A program made the translations under genes and the position numbers. From the NCBI GenBank assembly GCA_050249955.1, contig JBFWPN010000004.1, forward strand, positions 224,850 to 288,849: a stretch of 64,000 bases of DNA. Reading direction: 5' to 3'. Each line of letters begins with the position of its first letter. The stretch's first letter is position 1. Positions 1 to 9,762 of the stretch are shown piece by piece. Under the pieces are notes generated by a model that saw nothing but the letters and a program-made list of their open reading frames with translations, was not told where the DNA came from and ran no database searches. The DNA comes from Vicinamibacterales bacterium. GTDB lineage: Bacteria; Acidobacteriota; Vicinamibacteria; Vicinamibacterales; CAVVIG01.

Positions 1-1
1 G

Positions 2-967
2 CTGGAGAATGTCGATATCGAAGTCCGTTCGCTGTCCGGCGTCGGCCCCCTCGGCGGTCACGTTCGATCCTTCAATGCCGACCTCGACGGAACCGGTTCG
101 ATCACGATCGACCGGCTGCCCGCCGGCGCGTTCACGGTGCACGTGTACAGCCCGCTGCGGGGAATGGACGCCGCGGCCACGGGCACCGCGACAGCACCGC
201 AGCCCACGACGACCCAGCTGCAGCTGTCCTTCGACGTGGTCGGCCTGACGAGCACGAGCTTCACCATCGGCGGTGCCGACCAGTTCCTGTACGGCATCGG
301 CCAGCGGGGCACGCTGGAGTACGGCGCGTTCTTCGACGGTGTCCAGGCGGTGGGGCAGGACGCCTTCTCGCTCGAGAGCGATCCCCATACCGGCCAGGCC
401 GCCGTGTGCTGTCCGCTATCCGCGACCACCAGCGGGTCGGAGGTGACGCTGTCGCCGCTGGCGGTGCCGTCTGCTCCGGGCGTGCAGATGGTGCGACGGT
501 TGACGGTGCCCCAGGCAGGCCGCTTCCTGCGCTACTACGACCTGTTCACGAACACGGGCAGCGTGCCCCGCACCTTCCAGGTGTCGCTGTGGACCACGCC
601 GAACCTGAGCCAGGTGGTCGAGGCCGACGTCACCCCGTCGGTGTCGAACTCGGGCTACTTCGTGAACGCCGACGCCAACGGCCAGGCGCTGTCGTTCGCG
701 TCGGTGTACGCGGGACCGGACGCTCCGGTGGCCGTGGATCGCCAGTTCAGCATCGACCAGACGGTGGTCCAGCCTACGGCAACCCTCACGCTCGCACCTG
801 GCGAGAGCGCGGCGCTCCTGCACTATGTGGTGCTGGCGGCTCCCACCGGTGCCGGCGACGCGATCGTCACGGCCGAAGGGCTGGGCGCACTGACCGACCC
901 CGACGCGCTGACCGGGTTGACAACGACCGACCGCGCCATCATCGTGAACTTCCGGCTGACGCCATGA
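2..967 (+). CDS. hypothetical exported/surface protein, 5' end cut by window edge
   Basis: The frame of ORF 137..967 stays open back to nt 2 (LENVDIEVRSLSG...). Third-position G/C is high. The N-terminal 'GSITIDRLPAGAFTV' looks like a carboxypeptidase-regulatory-like beta-sandwich. No family recognised for the rest. Confidence 0.5.
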   Translation: MENVDIEVRSLSGVGPLGGHVRSFNADLDGTGSITIDRLPAGAFTVHVYSPLRGMDAAATGTATAPQPTTTQLQLSFDVVGLTSTSFTIGGADQFLYGIGQRGTLEYGAFFDGVQAVGQDAFSLESDPHTGQAAVCCPLSATTSGSEVTLSPLAVPSAPGVQMVRRLTVPQAGRFLRYYDLFTNTGSVPRTFQVSLWTTPNLSQVVEADVTPSVSNSGYFVNADANGQALSFASVYAGPDAPVAVDRQFSIDQTVVQPTATLTLAPGESAALLHYVVLAAPTGAGDAIVTAEGLGALTDPDALTGLTTTDRAIIVNFRLTP

Positions 968-981
968 TCGGCGAGGCACAC

Positions 982-1485
982 ATGCTGAAGAAGATGCAGA
1001 CGAGCACGATTGCCGGGATGGTCCTGGCACTGGTCACGAGCCTGACACCGCCCAGCGCCGTCGCCGCCGACAAGCGGCCGGTGCCGGCCAGTGCCGTGCA
1101 GACGACGGACGGGGCCACGTTGACGCTCGACCGGTCCGCCGGTACGGAGTCGCGTGTCTACATCTACGTCCTGCCCGACTCGCAGGTGTCGGGCCGGCTG
1201 CTCTCGGCGCTGCGGACCTGGCCCCTCGCCGCGCCCGACCGCGTCACCATTGTCGTGGGCGGCGACGTGGCGAAGGCGCGGGCGTTCGCCACAGCGGATC
1301 ACGGCCTCGCCGTGCAGTGGCTCGTCGACGCCGAGCGGGCCGTCTGGACCGACCTCGAAGTGGCCGGCGTTCCGACGCTTCTGGGTGTCCGCAACGGCAT
1401 CGTCGAGTGGCGGCTGGCTGGCGTGCTGAACAACCCGTCGGCCCTGCAGAACGTGGTCTCGGGCTGGGTGGACGGCCCCCGCTGA
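982..1485 (+). CDS. secreted thioredoxin-fold-like protein lacking CxxC
   Basis: ORF 406..1485 is over-extended. ATG 982 (alternative 964) gives the signal peptide MLKKMQTSTIAGMVLALVTSLTPPSAVAA. 'VAGVPTLLGVRNG' resembles TlpA/DsbA-like folds, but no cysteine pair is present. Confidence 0.5.
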   Translation: MLKKMQTSTIAGMVLALVTSLTPPSAVAADKRPVPASAVQTTDGATLTLDRSAGTESRVYIYVLPDSQVSGRLLSALRTWPLAAPDRVTIVVGGDVAKARAFATADHGLAVQWLVDAERAVWTDLEVAGVPTLLGVRNGIVEWRLAGVLNNPSALQNVVSGWVDGPR

Positions 1486-1561
1486 CCGCCGGCGGATTGC
1501 ACAGTTTCTTTTCCTCCTGCGCCTCCAACCCCGTGCGCCGAGGCTAGACTCGTCGGCGTTC

Positions 1562-2503
1562 GTGCTGTTCCGGGAGGGATCGGTGGAAACGCGCATCTAC
1601 TGCGAGGCCTGCGACGCGTCCGCGGCGGTTCGCATCGGCCGTACGTCGTTCTTTGCGGCGGCGAGCGACGAAGACAACATCCTGCGGGTCTTCGACCGCA
1701 AGCGACCAGGCACCCCGATCGCCAGGCTCGACGTCACCCCATTCCTCGAACTGGACGACCCCGAACACCCCGAGGCCGATCTCGAGGGTGCGGCGATCAT
1801 CGGCGACCGCATCTACTGGATCGGTTCGCACGGGCGCAGCAGCAAGGGCAAGGAGCGCAAGGTGCGTCGCCGCCTTTTTGCCACCACCGTCCGCCACGAC
1901 GACGACCGCGTGGAACTCGAACCGGTCGGCATTCCGTACAAGCGCCTGATCAAGGATCTGCTCACGGCCGAGGCGCTGGCCCACTTCGGCATCGACGACC
2001 TGGAGGGCAGGTCGCCCGAGGAGCCGGGGGCCATCAACATCGAGGGATTGGCTGCCACCCCGGACGGTCAACTCCTGATCGGGTTCCGCAACCCGATCCC
2101 GCAGGGGCGGGCCCTGATCGTGCGCATGGCGAATCCCGCAGCCGTGGTCGAGGGGCGGGAGCGGGCGGTGCTCCACCTGGGTGGACACCTGGACCTGGGC
2201 GGCCGCGGCATCCGGGCCATCGAGTACATCCCCGCGTCGTCCACCTACCTCGTGATTGCCGGTGCGCACGACGACAGCGGCAACTTCGCGATGTATCACT
2301 GGAACGGCACGGCGCGCCACGCGCCGGTGCACCTGGCCGTCGAGGGGCTCGACACGATCAATCCGGAGGAGCTGGCCCTGGCTGGCATCGGCCCGGTCGA
2401 CCTGCTCGTCGACGTGTTCAGCGACGATGGAACCAGCCGCTGCAAGAACGTGGCAGTGGCGCGGCGCACGTTCCGCGGCACAACCCTGCCGGTCAGGATC
2501 TGA
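1562..2503 (+). CDS. DUF3616-like protein
   Basis: 313-aa ORF with a GTG start. The blocks 'DLEGAAIIGDRIYWIGSHGRS' and 'NIEGLAATPDGQLLIGFRNP' resemble DUF3616 from memory. Not verified by search. Confidence 0.55.
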   Translation: MLFREGSVETRIYCEACDASAAVRIGRTSFFAAASDEDNILRVFDRKRPGTPIARLDVTPFLELDDPEHPEADLEGAAIIGDRIYWIGSHGRSSKGKERKVRRRLFATTVRHDDDRVELEPVGIPYKRLIKDLLTAEALAHFGIDDLEGRSPEEPGAINIEGLAATPDGQLLIGFRNPIPQGRALIVRMANPAAVVEGRERAVLHLGGHLDLGGRGIRAIEYIPASSTYLVIAGAHDDSGNFAMYHWNGTARHAPVHLAVEGLDTINPEELALAGIGPVDLLVDVFSDDGTSRCKNVAVARRTFRGTTLPVRI

Positions 2504-2509
2504 CCGGCG

Positions 2510-3313
2510 TCAGCCGCGCCCGGTCAGCCGGCGGAACCATCCACCGCCGCCCGGGCCGGGCGCCGTCCGCAGCCTGCCGGAGAGCCAGAACCAGCCCGCC
2601 ACGATGTTGCCGGGGCGCACGGGCTCCTCGATCAGGTCCGGGTCGATGACGACGTCGAACGTGCCACCGACTGTGTCGACCAATGCCCAGAAGAACGGCT
2701 CGCCCGACACGGTATTGACCTGCTGCGAGGCCTCGATCACCCGACCGGTGATGAGCGCATGCGACTCGGGCGGATTCACCGGCTGGCCGTCTGGCGACAC
2801 CAGGCCGGACGGGATGAATGCCCTTGGGCCGAATGGCAGTCCGTCGGCCCGCTGTGCCGCGAGGTATGCGGCTTCCGACGCGTAGACGGTGAGCTGCTGG
2901 GCGAAGGCGGCAATCTGGGCTTCCACCCGCAGGGGCAGCTCGAGCGCGGCGTGGACGGCGCCGTCGGGACAGTCGAACGCGAACGGGTAGTCGCCCCCCG
3001 TGCTGGCCCCCTCGGGCGGATTGGCCCACGCGAGGAACGTGGTGTCCAGCGGCGTGTGCGTTTTCCGCGACACCCGGGCTTCTACCCCGACCACCACCCT
3101 GGACCGACCCTCGAAGTGCGGGTTCATGCCCATGGCATCGCCCGACCGAGTGAGTTGCAACCACAGCTGTTCCCCGGACGCCGGTGACCACTTGAGGTAC
3201 TGGCCCTCGGCGGCATCGATGGTGGTGGCCCGTTCGGCGACATGCGTGGCGAGGGCAGCCAGGTCTTCGCCGGACGAGACCTGGAATCCGATGGCAGAGA
3301 ATTGGCTGGGCAC
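2510..3313 (-). CDS. hypothetical protein
   Basis: 267-aa ORF with ordinary amino-acid composition, convergent with the previous gene. No family recognised. Confidence 0.6.
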   Translation of the reverse strand: MPSQFSAIGFQVSSGEDLAALATHVAERATTIDAAEGQYLKWSPASGEQLWLQLTRSGDAMGMNPHFEGRSRVVVGVEARVSRKTHTPLDTTFLAWANPPEGASTGGDYPFAFDCPDGAVHAALELPLRVEAQIAAFAQQLTVYASEAAYLAAQRADGLPFGPRAFIPSGLVSPDGQPVNPPESHALITGRVIEASQQVNTVSGEPFFWALVDTVGGTFDVVIDPDLIEEPVRPGNIVAGWFWLSGRLRTAPGPGGGGWFRRLTGRG

Positions 3314-3536
3314 AGCCCGATTCTAGCCCGTCGCCTGACGGGCGCGGGTCGGCCCGTGTAGCCGGAACGGACGTACGCCCTGACCTCATCCGTGTAAAGC
3401 ATTGCCTCGGGGCCGATCGGCCCCTGAGTGGCGTTGGCAGCGTCTTATGCAAGGGAGCGACGCGCGGCGATGGCCCGGTGCAGCCCACCCGAACGTGGGC
3501 GCGACGAAGCCGAAGGCTGAGCCAGGGGGTGCAAAC

Positions 3537-3986
3537 GTGGCGACGAGGGCCAACAGGATAGAGGCGGCGGTCGGGGCCTGGCCGGGAGTGGAGGTCGTAG
3601 CCCACCGGTTCGGTGGCCGTGAATTCCGGGTCGGACGACGGGAACTGGGGCACCTGCATGGCGATCGCCTGCTGGACGTGCCGTTCCCGGTGAGCGTCCG
3701 AAAGCAGCTGGTGGCGGCCGGGCGGGCGTCGGCGCACCATGTGCTGCCCGAGTCGGGCTGGGTCACGTTCCACATCCGAACGGCGGCCGACGTGCCGGCC
3801 GCCATTGCCCTGCTGCGGATGAACTACGACCGTCCGTGGCTGGCCGAGTCGCCGCACGACGCCGATGAGCGGCTGGTGGACGAGGCATCCATGGAATCGT
3901 TCCCGGCCAGCGACCCGCCGTCGTTCGTGGTGTCGACCGGTCCGCAGGCCGTCAGAATCGCAGGAAGCGGTTCACCTTCACGATGA
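3537..3986 (+). CDS. luciferase-like (DUF5519-type) small protein with C-terminal ESFPASDPP motif
   Basis: ORF 3402..3986. An in-frame GTG at 3537 is preceded by a G-rich stretch. The 'GHLHGDRLLDVPF' block is recognised by eye. Start is uncertain. The 3' end overlaps the convergent gene by 35 nt. Confidence 0.5.
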   Translation: MATRANRIEAAVGAWPGVEVVAHRFGGREFRVGRRELGHLHGDRLLDVPFPVSVRKQLVAAGRASAHHVLPESGWVTFHIRTAADVPAAIALLRMNYDRPWLAESPHDADERLVDEASMESFPASDPPSFVVSTGPQAVRIAGSGSPSR

Positions 3987-6234
3987 ACGACCGGTTCAGC
4001 AGACCCGGCAGGCCGATGGCCGCCTCGCTGTCGCGCTCCTCGTTGTAGACGATGAAGAGCTCGCTGCCCGGGCGGTACTCCCAGCGCATCCGTGCGTTGG
4101 TGCTGACCGAGTGCGTGCTCGAGTTGTACTGGATGAGCGCACTCGCGAAGAGGAGCGGCGTCACGGTGTAGGTGACGCGCGAGCCGACGAGGCGCTGCGA
4201 GAAGTCGCCGGCCGCGAGCGAAAACCAGTTCAGCGAGATGTTGGGTTCCACCGCAAGCTGCGGCGACACGTTGATGCGCGACCGGTTCAGCGTAAGGCCG
4301 GTGCGGCGGCCGTCGTAGAACGTGCCGCTCTCAAGCTGCACGGCGGCCGACACCTTGCGCTGCTGGCCCATCACGTAGCCGATGCGCCCCTGCGTGAACT
4401 CGTAGCCGCCCGCCGGCACCCGTGCACCGGGCACCACGGTGAAGGGCCGCAGCAGCAGTTCGTAGTCGCGGTTGATGCCGACGGCGAAGCGGTCGCTGCT
4501 CTGGAATTCCAGGGCGAACTCGGCGTCTGACATCCGTGTGCTCAGGTTGCCGAGCCCATCCTCGATGTAGGTGAAGGCGCCGATCGAGGAGTACTTGCGC
4601 ACGAGCCGGCTGCGGCGCGGGCGTGGACTGAAGCGGAGCTGCGCGTAGTTCTTGCGCATGTCGGACCGGCGCAGGAACCCGACGTCGGGGTTGAAGTTGC
4701 GGTCCACGGTCAGCCGCTCCACCTGGACGCCGTACCGGTCGCCGCTGTACTCCATCTGTGCGCGGTAGCTCATGTCGTCCGAGTCGACGCCGTCGGTCTT
4801 CGTGCGCGCGAGGTACGTGGCGAAGGTCAGGTTACTGAAGAACCCGAACGTACCGTCGACGCCGTACATCTGGTTCGAGCCGATCCCGGCCTGCGCCTGC
4901 GACCGGTTCGTGGCCAGCACACCGATGCTGCTCTTGCGCAGGATGTCGCGCTTGATGCGAACCACGGAGAAGTTCGTGGACTCCGCGCCTGCCGCCGGTG
5001 CGTCCTTCGTCTGCATGTTCACCAGGCCGACCTGGTAGCGACCCATCCGCCCCGTGAGCCTGCCGCCCCCGAGGATCGGCACCTGCCGGTTGCCCGCCAG
5101 CCCGATGCGGCGGCTGTAGAACATGATCGGCACGTCCGAGTTGCCCTGGCCCTGCCCGAACGTGTTGTTGCCGAACGTGAAGAGCCCCTGGTTCTCGAGG
5201 AAGAAGTCGCGCTTCTCCGGGAAGAAGAGGCTGAAGCGCGTCAGGTTCACCTGCTGCTCGTCGGCCTCCACCTGCGCGAAGTCGGTGTTGTAGGTCAGGT
5301 CGGCGGTCATGTTCTGGGTGACCGCCCACTTCGAGTCGACGCCGATGTTGGCGTCCGGATCGTTCGACCGCCGCGGATTCGCCACGTTGTCGGTGGTGAG
5401 GTTGGCGATCGCGTAGGGCTTCAGCTCGAGTGTGCGCGACTGCGGCGGGGCCTCGAGCCCCACCAGGTTCGCGTAGAGCGAAGCCGAGAAGTCTGCCCTC
5501 CCGAGGCCGAGCGACGGCGGCAGCCGGGTCAGGTACGCGATCTCGTTCTTCGACTTGTTCGTGCGCCTGGCCTGGAAACCCCAGTCCTGCACGCGGCCGG
5601 GTGCGTACCGGATGGACTTGAAGGGGAGCGCCGCCTCGATGGTCCACCCTCCGTCGAACCGGCCGGCCCTCAGCTGCCACACCGGATTCCAGTCCGGGTT
5701 GAACTGACGCTCGTTGGTTGCCTGGAGGTCGGTGCGGCCACCGAGCGAGTTGGCCTCGAACAGGATGGCATTGCGACGGTCCCGGAACGTGTCGAAGCCG
5801 AACTCGACCGAGTCGCCCTGGCGGATGTTGTTGCTGTCGCGCCGCATCTCGTTGACGATGACGTGGGACGGGTCGCTCTCCCAGGCCTTGAAGCTCACAT
5901 ACACATTCGCATCGTCGTAGAAGACCCAGACTTCGGTCTTCTCGGTGGCGGGCTGGCCGGCCCGCGGCTCCATCTGGATGAAGCCGGACGCCGGATGCAC
6001 GGCGGCGTAGATCGCTTCGTCGAGCCGCCCGTCGATGCGCATCGGCGTGGTGACCCGCACGGCACGCACGGTGGCGCGTCCCTGGTCGTCGCGGGAGATG
6101 GTGTCGGGCAGGGTGGGCGGGGGCGGACCGGCGGGTGGTGGCGCGGCGGGGCGCGGAGGGGGCTGCTGAGCCTGGGCCGCGGGACCGATCGACACCAGCA
6201 GCACGCACCAGGCGGCCGCGAAGGCTCTGTTCAT
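3952..6234 (-). CDS. CBM9/DUF5916-type outer-membrane protein
   Basis: The 1291-aa ORF was trimmed to ATG 6234, which gives the signal peptide MNRAFAAAWCVLLVSIGPAAQAQ. It has an 'MRIDGRLDE' CBM9-like N-terminus and a long beta-rich C-terminal part ending in ...RFLRF. Paralog of 24130..26316. Confidence 0.8.
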   Translation of the reverse strand: MNRAFAAAWCVLLVSIGPAAQAQQPPPRPAAPPPAGPPPPTLPDTISRDDQGRATVRAVRVTTPMRIDGRLDEAIYAAVHPASGFIQMEPRAGQPATEKTEVWVFYDDANVYVSFKAWESDPSHVIVNEMRRDSNNIRQGDSVEFGFDTFRDRRNAILFEANSLGGRTDLQATNERQFNPDWNPVWQLRAGRFDGGWTIEAALPFKSIRYAPGRVQDWGFQARRTNKSKNEIAYLTRLPPSLGLGRADFSASLYANLVGLEAPPQSRTLELKPYAIANLTTDNVANPRRSNDPDANIGVDSKWAVTQNMTADLTYNTDFAQVEADEQQVNLTRFSLFFPEKRDFFLENQGLFTFGNNTFGQGQGNSDVPIMFYSRRIGLAGNRQVPILGGGRLTGRMGRYQVGLVNMQTKDAPAAGAESTNFSVVRIKRDILRKSSIGVLATNRSQAQAGIGSNQMYGVDGTFGFFSNLTFATYLARTKTDGVDSDDMSYRAQMEYSGDRYGVQVERLTVDRNFNPDVGFLRRSDMRKNYAQLRFSPRPRRSRLVRKYSSIGAFTYIEDGLGNLSTRMSDAEFALEFQSSDRFAVGINRDYELLLRPFTVVPGARVPAGGYEFTQGRIGYVMGQQRKVSAAVQLESGTFYDGRRTGLTLNRSRINVSPQLAVEPNISLNWFSLAAGDFSQRLVGSRVTYTVTPLLFASALIQYNSSTHSVSTNARMRWEYRPGSELFIVYNEERDSEAAIGLPGLLNRSFIVKVNRFLRF

Positions 6235-6290
6235 GGATGGGAGAGCGTAAACGGGAACCGCCGGCTCATGTGTCGCAAGTTGTCGCGCGG

Positions 6291-7073
6291 CTAGCGCCAG
6301 GTGAGGCGCTGAATCCAGCCGAGGCCGGCTTCGGTGCGACCCTGTGGGTGGTACTCCGCGCCGACCCACCCGTCGTAGCCCAGCGTCTCGAGGGTGTGGA
6401 GGATGTGGACCCAGTTGATCTCGCCGGTGCCCGGCTCGCCGCGGCCTGGGACATCCGCGATCTGCACGTGCCGGATCAGGTCGATGTTCGCTTCGAGGCT
6501 GCGGGTGATGTCGCCCTCCATGATCTGCATGTGGTAGCAGTCGAACTGGAGGAACAGGTTGTCGGCGCCAACCTCCGCGATGATGGCCCGCGCCTCGCGC
6601 GTGCCGGCGACATAGTAGCCAGGCATGTCGCGCGTATTGATCGGCTCGACCAGTACCCGGATGCCGGCAGTTCGCGCCACGCCGGCCGCGTACGCCAGGT
6701 TGCGCAGCAGCGTGTCCCGTGCCAGCGACTCCGGCACATTGCCGGGCGGGATTCCGGCCAGGCAGTTCACCTGCGGGCATCCGAGCGTGGTGGCGTACGC
6801 AATGGCCGTGGCGACGCCCTCCTCGAACTCCGCGATGCGGTGCGGATGGCAGGCGATGCCGCGGTCGCCGGCGGCCCAGTCGCCGGGTGGGAGGTTGTGC
6901 AGGACGAGTGACATCCCCCAGGTGTCGAGGGCCGCCTTCAGCGCACCCGCAGGATGCGCATACGGAAACTGGCACTCGATGGCTGCGAAGCCTGCCGCCG
7001 CGGCCCGCTCCACCCGGTCGAGGAATGGAGCGTCGGTGAAGAGCATCGAGATATTGGCGGCTATGCGGAGCAT
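6291..7073 (-). CDS. hyi: hydroxypyruvate isomerase (or related 2-oxo-tetronate isomerase OtnI subgroup)
   Basis: Colinear with E. coli Hyi over the full length (MLR.AANISMLF, HNLPPGDWAAGDRGIAC, EPIN, GEPGTGEINW). Confidence 0.9.
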   Translation of the reverse strand: MLRIAANISMLFTDAPFLDRVERAAAAGFAAIECQFPYAHPAGALKAALDTWGMSLVLHNLPPGDWAAGDRGIACHPHRIAEFEEGVATAIAYATTLGCPQVNCLAGIPPGNVPESLARDTLLRNLAYAAGVARTAGIRVLVEPINTRDMPGYYVAGTREARAIIAEVGADNLFLQFDCYHMQIMEGDITRSLEANIDLIRHVQIADVPGRGEPGTGEINWVHILHTLETLGYDGWVGAEYHPQGRTEAGLGWIQRLTWR

Positions 7074-7097
7074 CGGGTCGGTGCCGTCCGGTGGCGC

Positions 7098-7967
7098 TCA
7101 GTCGCCGTCCTCGACAATGGTGAAGACCGCTGCCGAATCGAGCCTGGCGCCGCCCCGCTCCTGCAGCGCTGCCAGGGTCTCGGCGGCGAGGGCACTCGCC
7201 CTGGCCCGCACGCCGAGTCGTTCGGCCAGGCTCAAGGCCATCAGGATGTCCTTGTGGTGCAGGCGCGACTCGATCCGCCCCTCGAAGCTGCGGGCGGCCA
7301 TCTTCGGTCCCTGCAACTCCAGCACGCGGCTGGCGGCGAACCCGCCCTGGAGCGCCTCGATGAGCGCCGCCCTGTCGAGACCCGCACGTTCGGCGACGAG
7401 CAACGCCTCGGCCACCCCGAGCTGGTTCACCACGATGCACATCTGGTTGCAGGCCTTGGCCACCTGGCCGGCACCGCTCGGTCCCATGTAGACGACCCGG
7501 CTGGCATTCGCGGCAAGGAGCGGCCGGCAGCGGTCCAGGACGGAGACCGCGCCTCCCACCATCATCACCAGCGAACCGGCCTGCGCACCAGCCACACCGC
7601 CGGACACCGGCGCATCGAGCATCTCGATACCGTGCCGGTGCAGTTCGGTCGCAATCCGGCGTGTCACCTCGGGGTCGATCGTGCTGTGGTCCACGACGAT
7701 GGTGCCGGGCCTGGCGCCGGAGACGATTCCTGCCGCGCCCAGGCACACCGCCTCGACGGCGGCCGTGTCGGTGACCATCGTGAACACGATGTCGCTCTGC
7801 CCGGCCACGTCGGCGGGTGAGGTGCACGCCTGCGCCCCAAGGGCAACGAGCGGCGCGGCGCTCTGGGGCCGGCGTGAGTACACGAGAACCTCGTGGCCGG
7901 CCCTGAGGAGGTTGGCTGCCATGGGCACGCCCATGGCGCCGAGACCGATGAACCCTGCGCGTGTCAT
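7098..7967 (-). CDS. NAD(P)-dependent beta-hydroxyacid dehydrogenase (tartronate semialdehyde / 3-hydroxyisobutyrate reductase family)
   Basis: ORF 7098..8255 trimmed to ATG 7967 (MTRAGFIGLGAMG, Rossmann GxGxxG). Family-typical 'DAPVSGG' and 'GAGQ..K..NQ' blocks. 24-nt gap to hyi. Confidence 0.85.
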   Translation of the reverse strand: MTRAGFIGLGAMGVPMAANLLRAGHEVLVYSRRPQSAAPLVALGAQACTSPADVAGQSDIVFTMVTDTAAVEAVCLGAAGIVSGARPGTIVVDHSTIDPEVTRRIATELHRHGIEMLDAPVSGGVAGAQAGSLVMMVGGAVSVLDRCRPLLAANASRVVYMGPSGAGQVAKACNQMCIVVNQLGVAEALLVAERAGLDRAALIEALQGGFAASRVLELQGPKMAARSFEGRIESRLHHKDILMALSLAERLGVRARASALAAETLAALQERGGARLDSAAVFTIVEDGD

Positions 7968-8005
7968 GGCGGCGTCGATTGTAGCCGCCAACCCGCGCGG
8001 CGGGA

Positions 8006-8563
8006 TCAGCTCCGCAGGGTCTTCATCGCCGTCCCCCACGCCACCACCTGGTCGAACAGGGCGTTCAGGGTCTTCTCGTGCACCGGCGAGGGGGTGAAGG
8101 TGGTGTACTTCTCGAAGTCCGTATACAGCGACAGCGCCACCTGCGCGCGGACGTCGGCCACCTGCAGTTCGGCCATGATGAGCCGCAGGTGTTCCACGGC
8201 ACGCGCGGCGCCCACCTGGCCGTAGCCGACGAAGCCGGCCGCCTTGTTGCCCCACTCCCGGTAGAGGAAGTCGATGGCGTTCTTCAGGGCGCCCGACGTG
8301 CCGTGGTTGTACTCCGGCGTCACGAAGATGAAGGCGTCGAGCGAGGCGATCTGTGCCGACCAGCGCTTCGTGTGCTCGTGCTCGTACTGGCCCATCGCCG
8401 GCGGCTTTGCCTCGTCCAGCAGCGGCAGCGCGTAGTCCTGCAGGTCGACGATCTCGTACTCGGCGTTTCCCTTGCGGACCGCGTGTTCATGCACCCACTG
8501 CGCCACGGTCAGGGCCTTGCGACCCGGTCGCGTACTGCCGACGATGATCCCGATCTTGAGCAC
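8006..8563 (-). CDS. NADPH-dependent FMN reductase
   Basis: GTG at 8563 is preceded by GGAGG (8568..8572). 'KIGIIVGSTRPGR' and 'FVTPEYNHG' flavodoxin-like signatures. Confidence 0.85.
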   Translation of the reverse strand: MLKIGIIVGSTRPGRKALTVAQWVHEHAVRKGNAEYEIVDLQDYALPLLDEAKPPAMGQYEHEHTKRWSAQIASLDAFIFVTPEYNHGTSGALKNAIDFLYREWGNKAAGFVGYGQVGAARAVEHLRLIMAELQVADVRAQVALSLYTDFEKYTTFTPSPVHEKTLNALFDQVVAWGTAMKTLRS

Positions 8564-8869
8564 GATGCCTCCACTGAACCGGGCGCTCGGCAGCAGGAGC
8601 GCTGCCATGGCCCGCCGGCGTTTCGACGCGCCGTGATGGCCGCACGTTGCAGGGCTTCGTGTCCGTGCCGGCACCGCCGCCTTCATCGTCGCCACGCGCC
8701 GGCTCGAGCGCGCCCTCATCAGGTGACCCGCTCGCAGGCAGCGGCCTGCCGCTTGCAGACCGAGCGCCGATTGCCACCGCAACAGTGGCTGGCGTCGTGT
8801 ATTGGTACGCGACGACGGCCTCCCTGTCGCGAAACACTGTCCAGCCGAGCGCCTCACCACAAGGACCAC

Positions 8870-9760
8870 ATGAGCTACGCGCGACTTGCCGCCGCCCTCC
8901 GGACCGACCATGACCGTATCGTCGACGACTGGCTTCATGCACTGGAGTCGAACCGCGTGGTGCGCAGCGAGCTGATCTCCAGGACCGAGATGCAGCAGCA
9001 GGCACGCGACTTCCTGTCCGGCCTCATCCGTGCGCTCGAGGGCGGAGCGTCCGACATCAGCGCGCGGGACTGGGAGCCGGTGCGCGACCTGCTCGTGCGG
9101 ATCTCACGTTCGCGCGCGCAGCAGGGGTTCAGGCCGAGCGAAACGGCCACCTTCGTGTTCTCGCTCAAGGAACCGATCTTCAAGGTCGTACGTGAACGGG
9201 CCACGTCGGTCCCGGAAGTGGCCGAGGACACCTGGACCGTCACCACGTTGCTCGACGAACTCGGGCTCTTCACGATGGAGGCGTTCCAGAAGACGCGCGA
9301 GGAGGTCATCGCCCGGCAGCAGCAGGAGGTGCTCGAGCTGTCCACGCCGGTCGTCACGCTCTGGCGGGGCATCCTCGCGCTGCCGCTCATCGGCACGCTC
9401 GACAGCGCGCGCACGCAGATCGTCATGGAGAACCTGCTGCAGCGCATCGTCGACACCGGCTCGATGATCGCCATCCTCGACATCACCGGTGTGCCGACCG
9501 TCGACACGCTGGTGGCGCAGCACCTGCTCAAGACGGTGGCGGCTGCGAGGCTCATGGGAGCGGACTGCATCATCAGCGGCATCCGGCCGCAGATTGCGCA
9601 GACCATCGTCCACCTCGGCGTGGACCTGAACTCGGTCACGACGAAAGCCACGCTGGCCGACGCCTTCGCCGTGGCGCTGAGGCGTTCGAGCCTGGCCGTG
9701 GTGGGGGCGCCTGTCGCGGCGTCCACTGTCGCCGCCCCGATCCCGGCCGTGGAGGGCTGA
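8870..9760 (+). CDS. rsbR: stressosome sensor protein RsbR (non-heme-globin-like N-domain + STAS)
   Basis: ORF 8078..9760 trimmed to ATG 8870. C-terminal STAS domain with 'PLIGTLDSARTQ' and 'LDITGVPTVDT' phospho-acceptor contexts. Directly followed by rsbS and rsbT. Confidence 0.85.
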   Translation: MSYARLAAALRTDHDRIVDDWLHALESNRVVRSELISRTEMQQQARDFLSGLIRALEGGASDISARDWEPVRDLLVRISRSRAQQGFRPSETATFVFSLKEPIFKVVRERATSVPEVAEDTWTVTTLLDELGLFTMEAFQKTREEVIARQQQEVLELSTPVVTLWRGILALPLIGTLDSARTQIVMENLLQRIVDTGSMIAILDITGVPTVDTLVAQHLLKTVAAARLMGADCIISGIRPQIAQTIVHLGVDLNSVTTKATLADAFAVALRRSSLAVVGAPVAASTVAAPIPAVEG

Positions 9761-9762
9761 GC

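Noticed and set aside
6235-7827. Upstream two-fifths of the 1291-aa minus-strand ORF 3952..7827
   Set aside because: It is Arg/Gly/Pro-rich low-complexity sequence in another frame on the same strand as hyi and the reductase gene. A canonical ATG with a signal peptide at 6234 starts the real protein.
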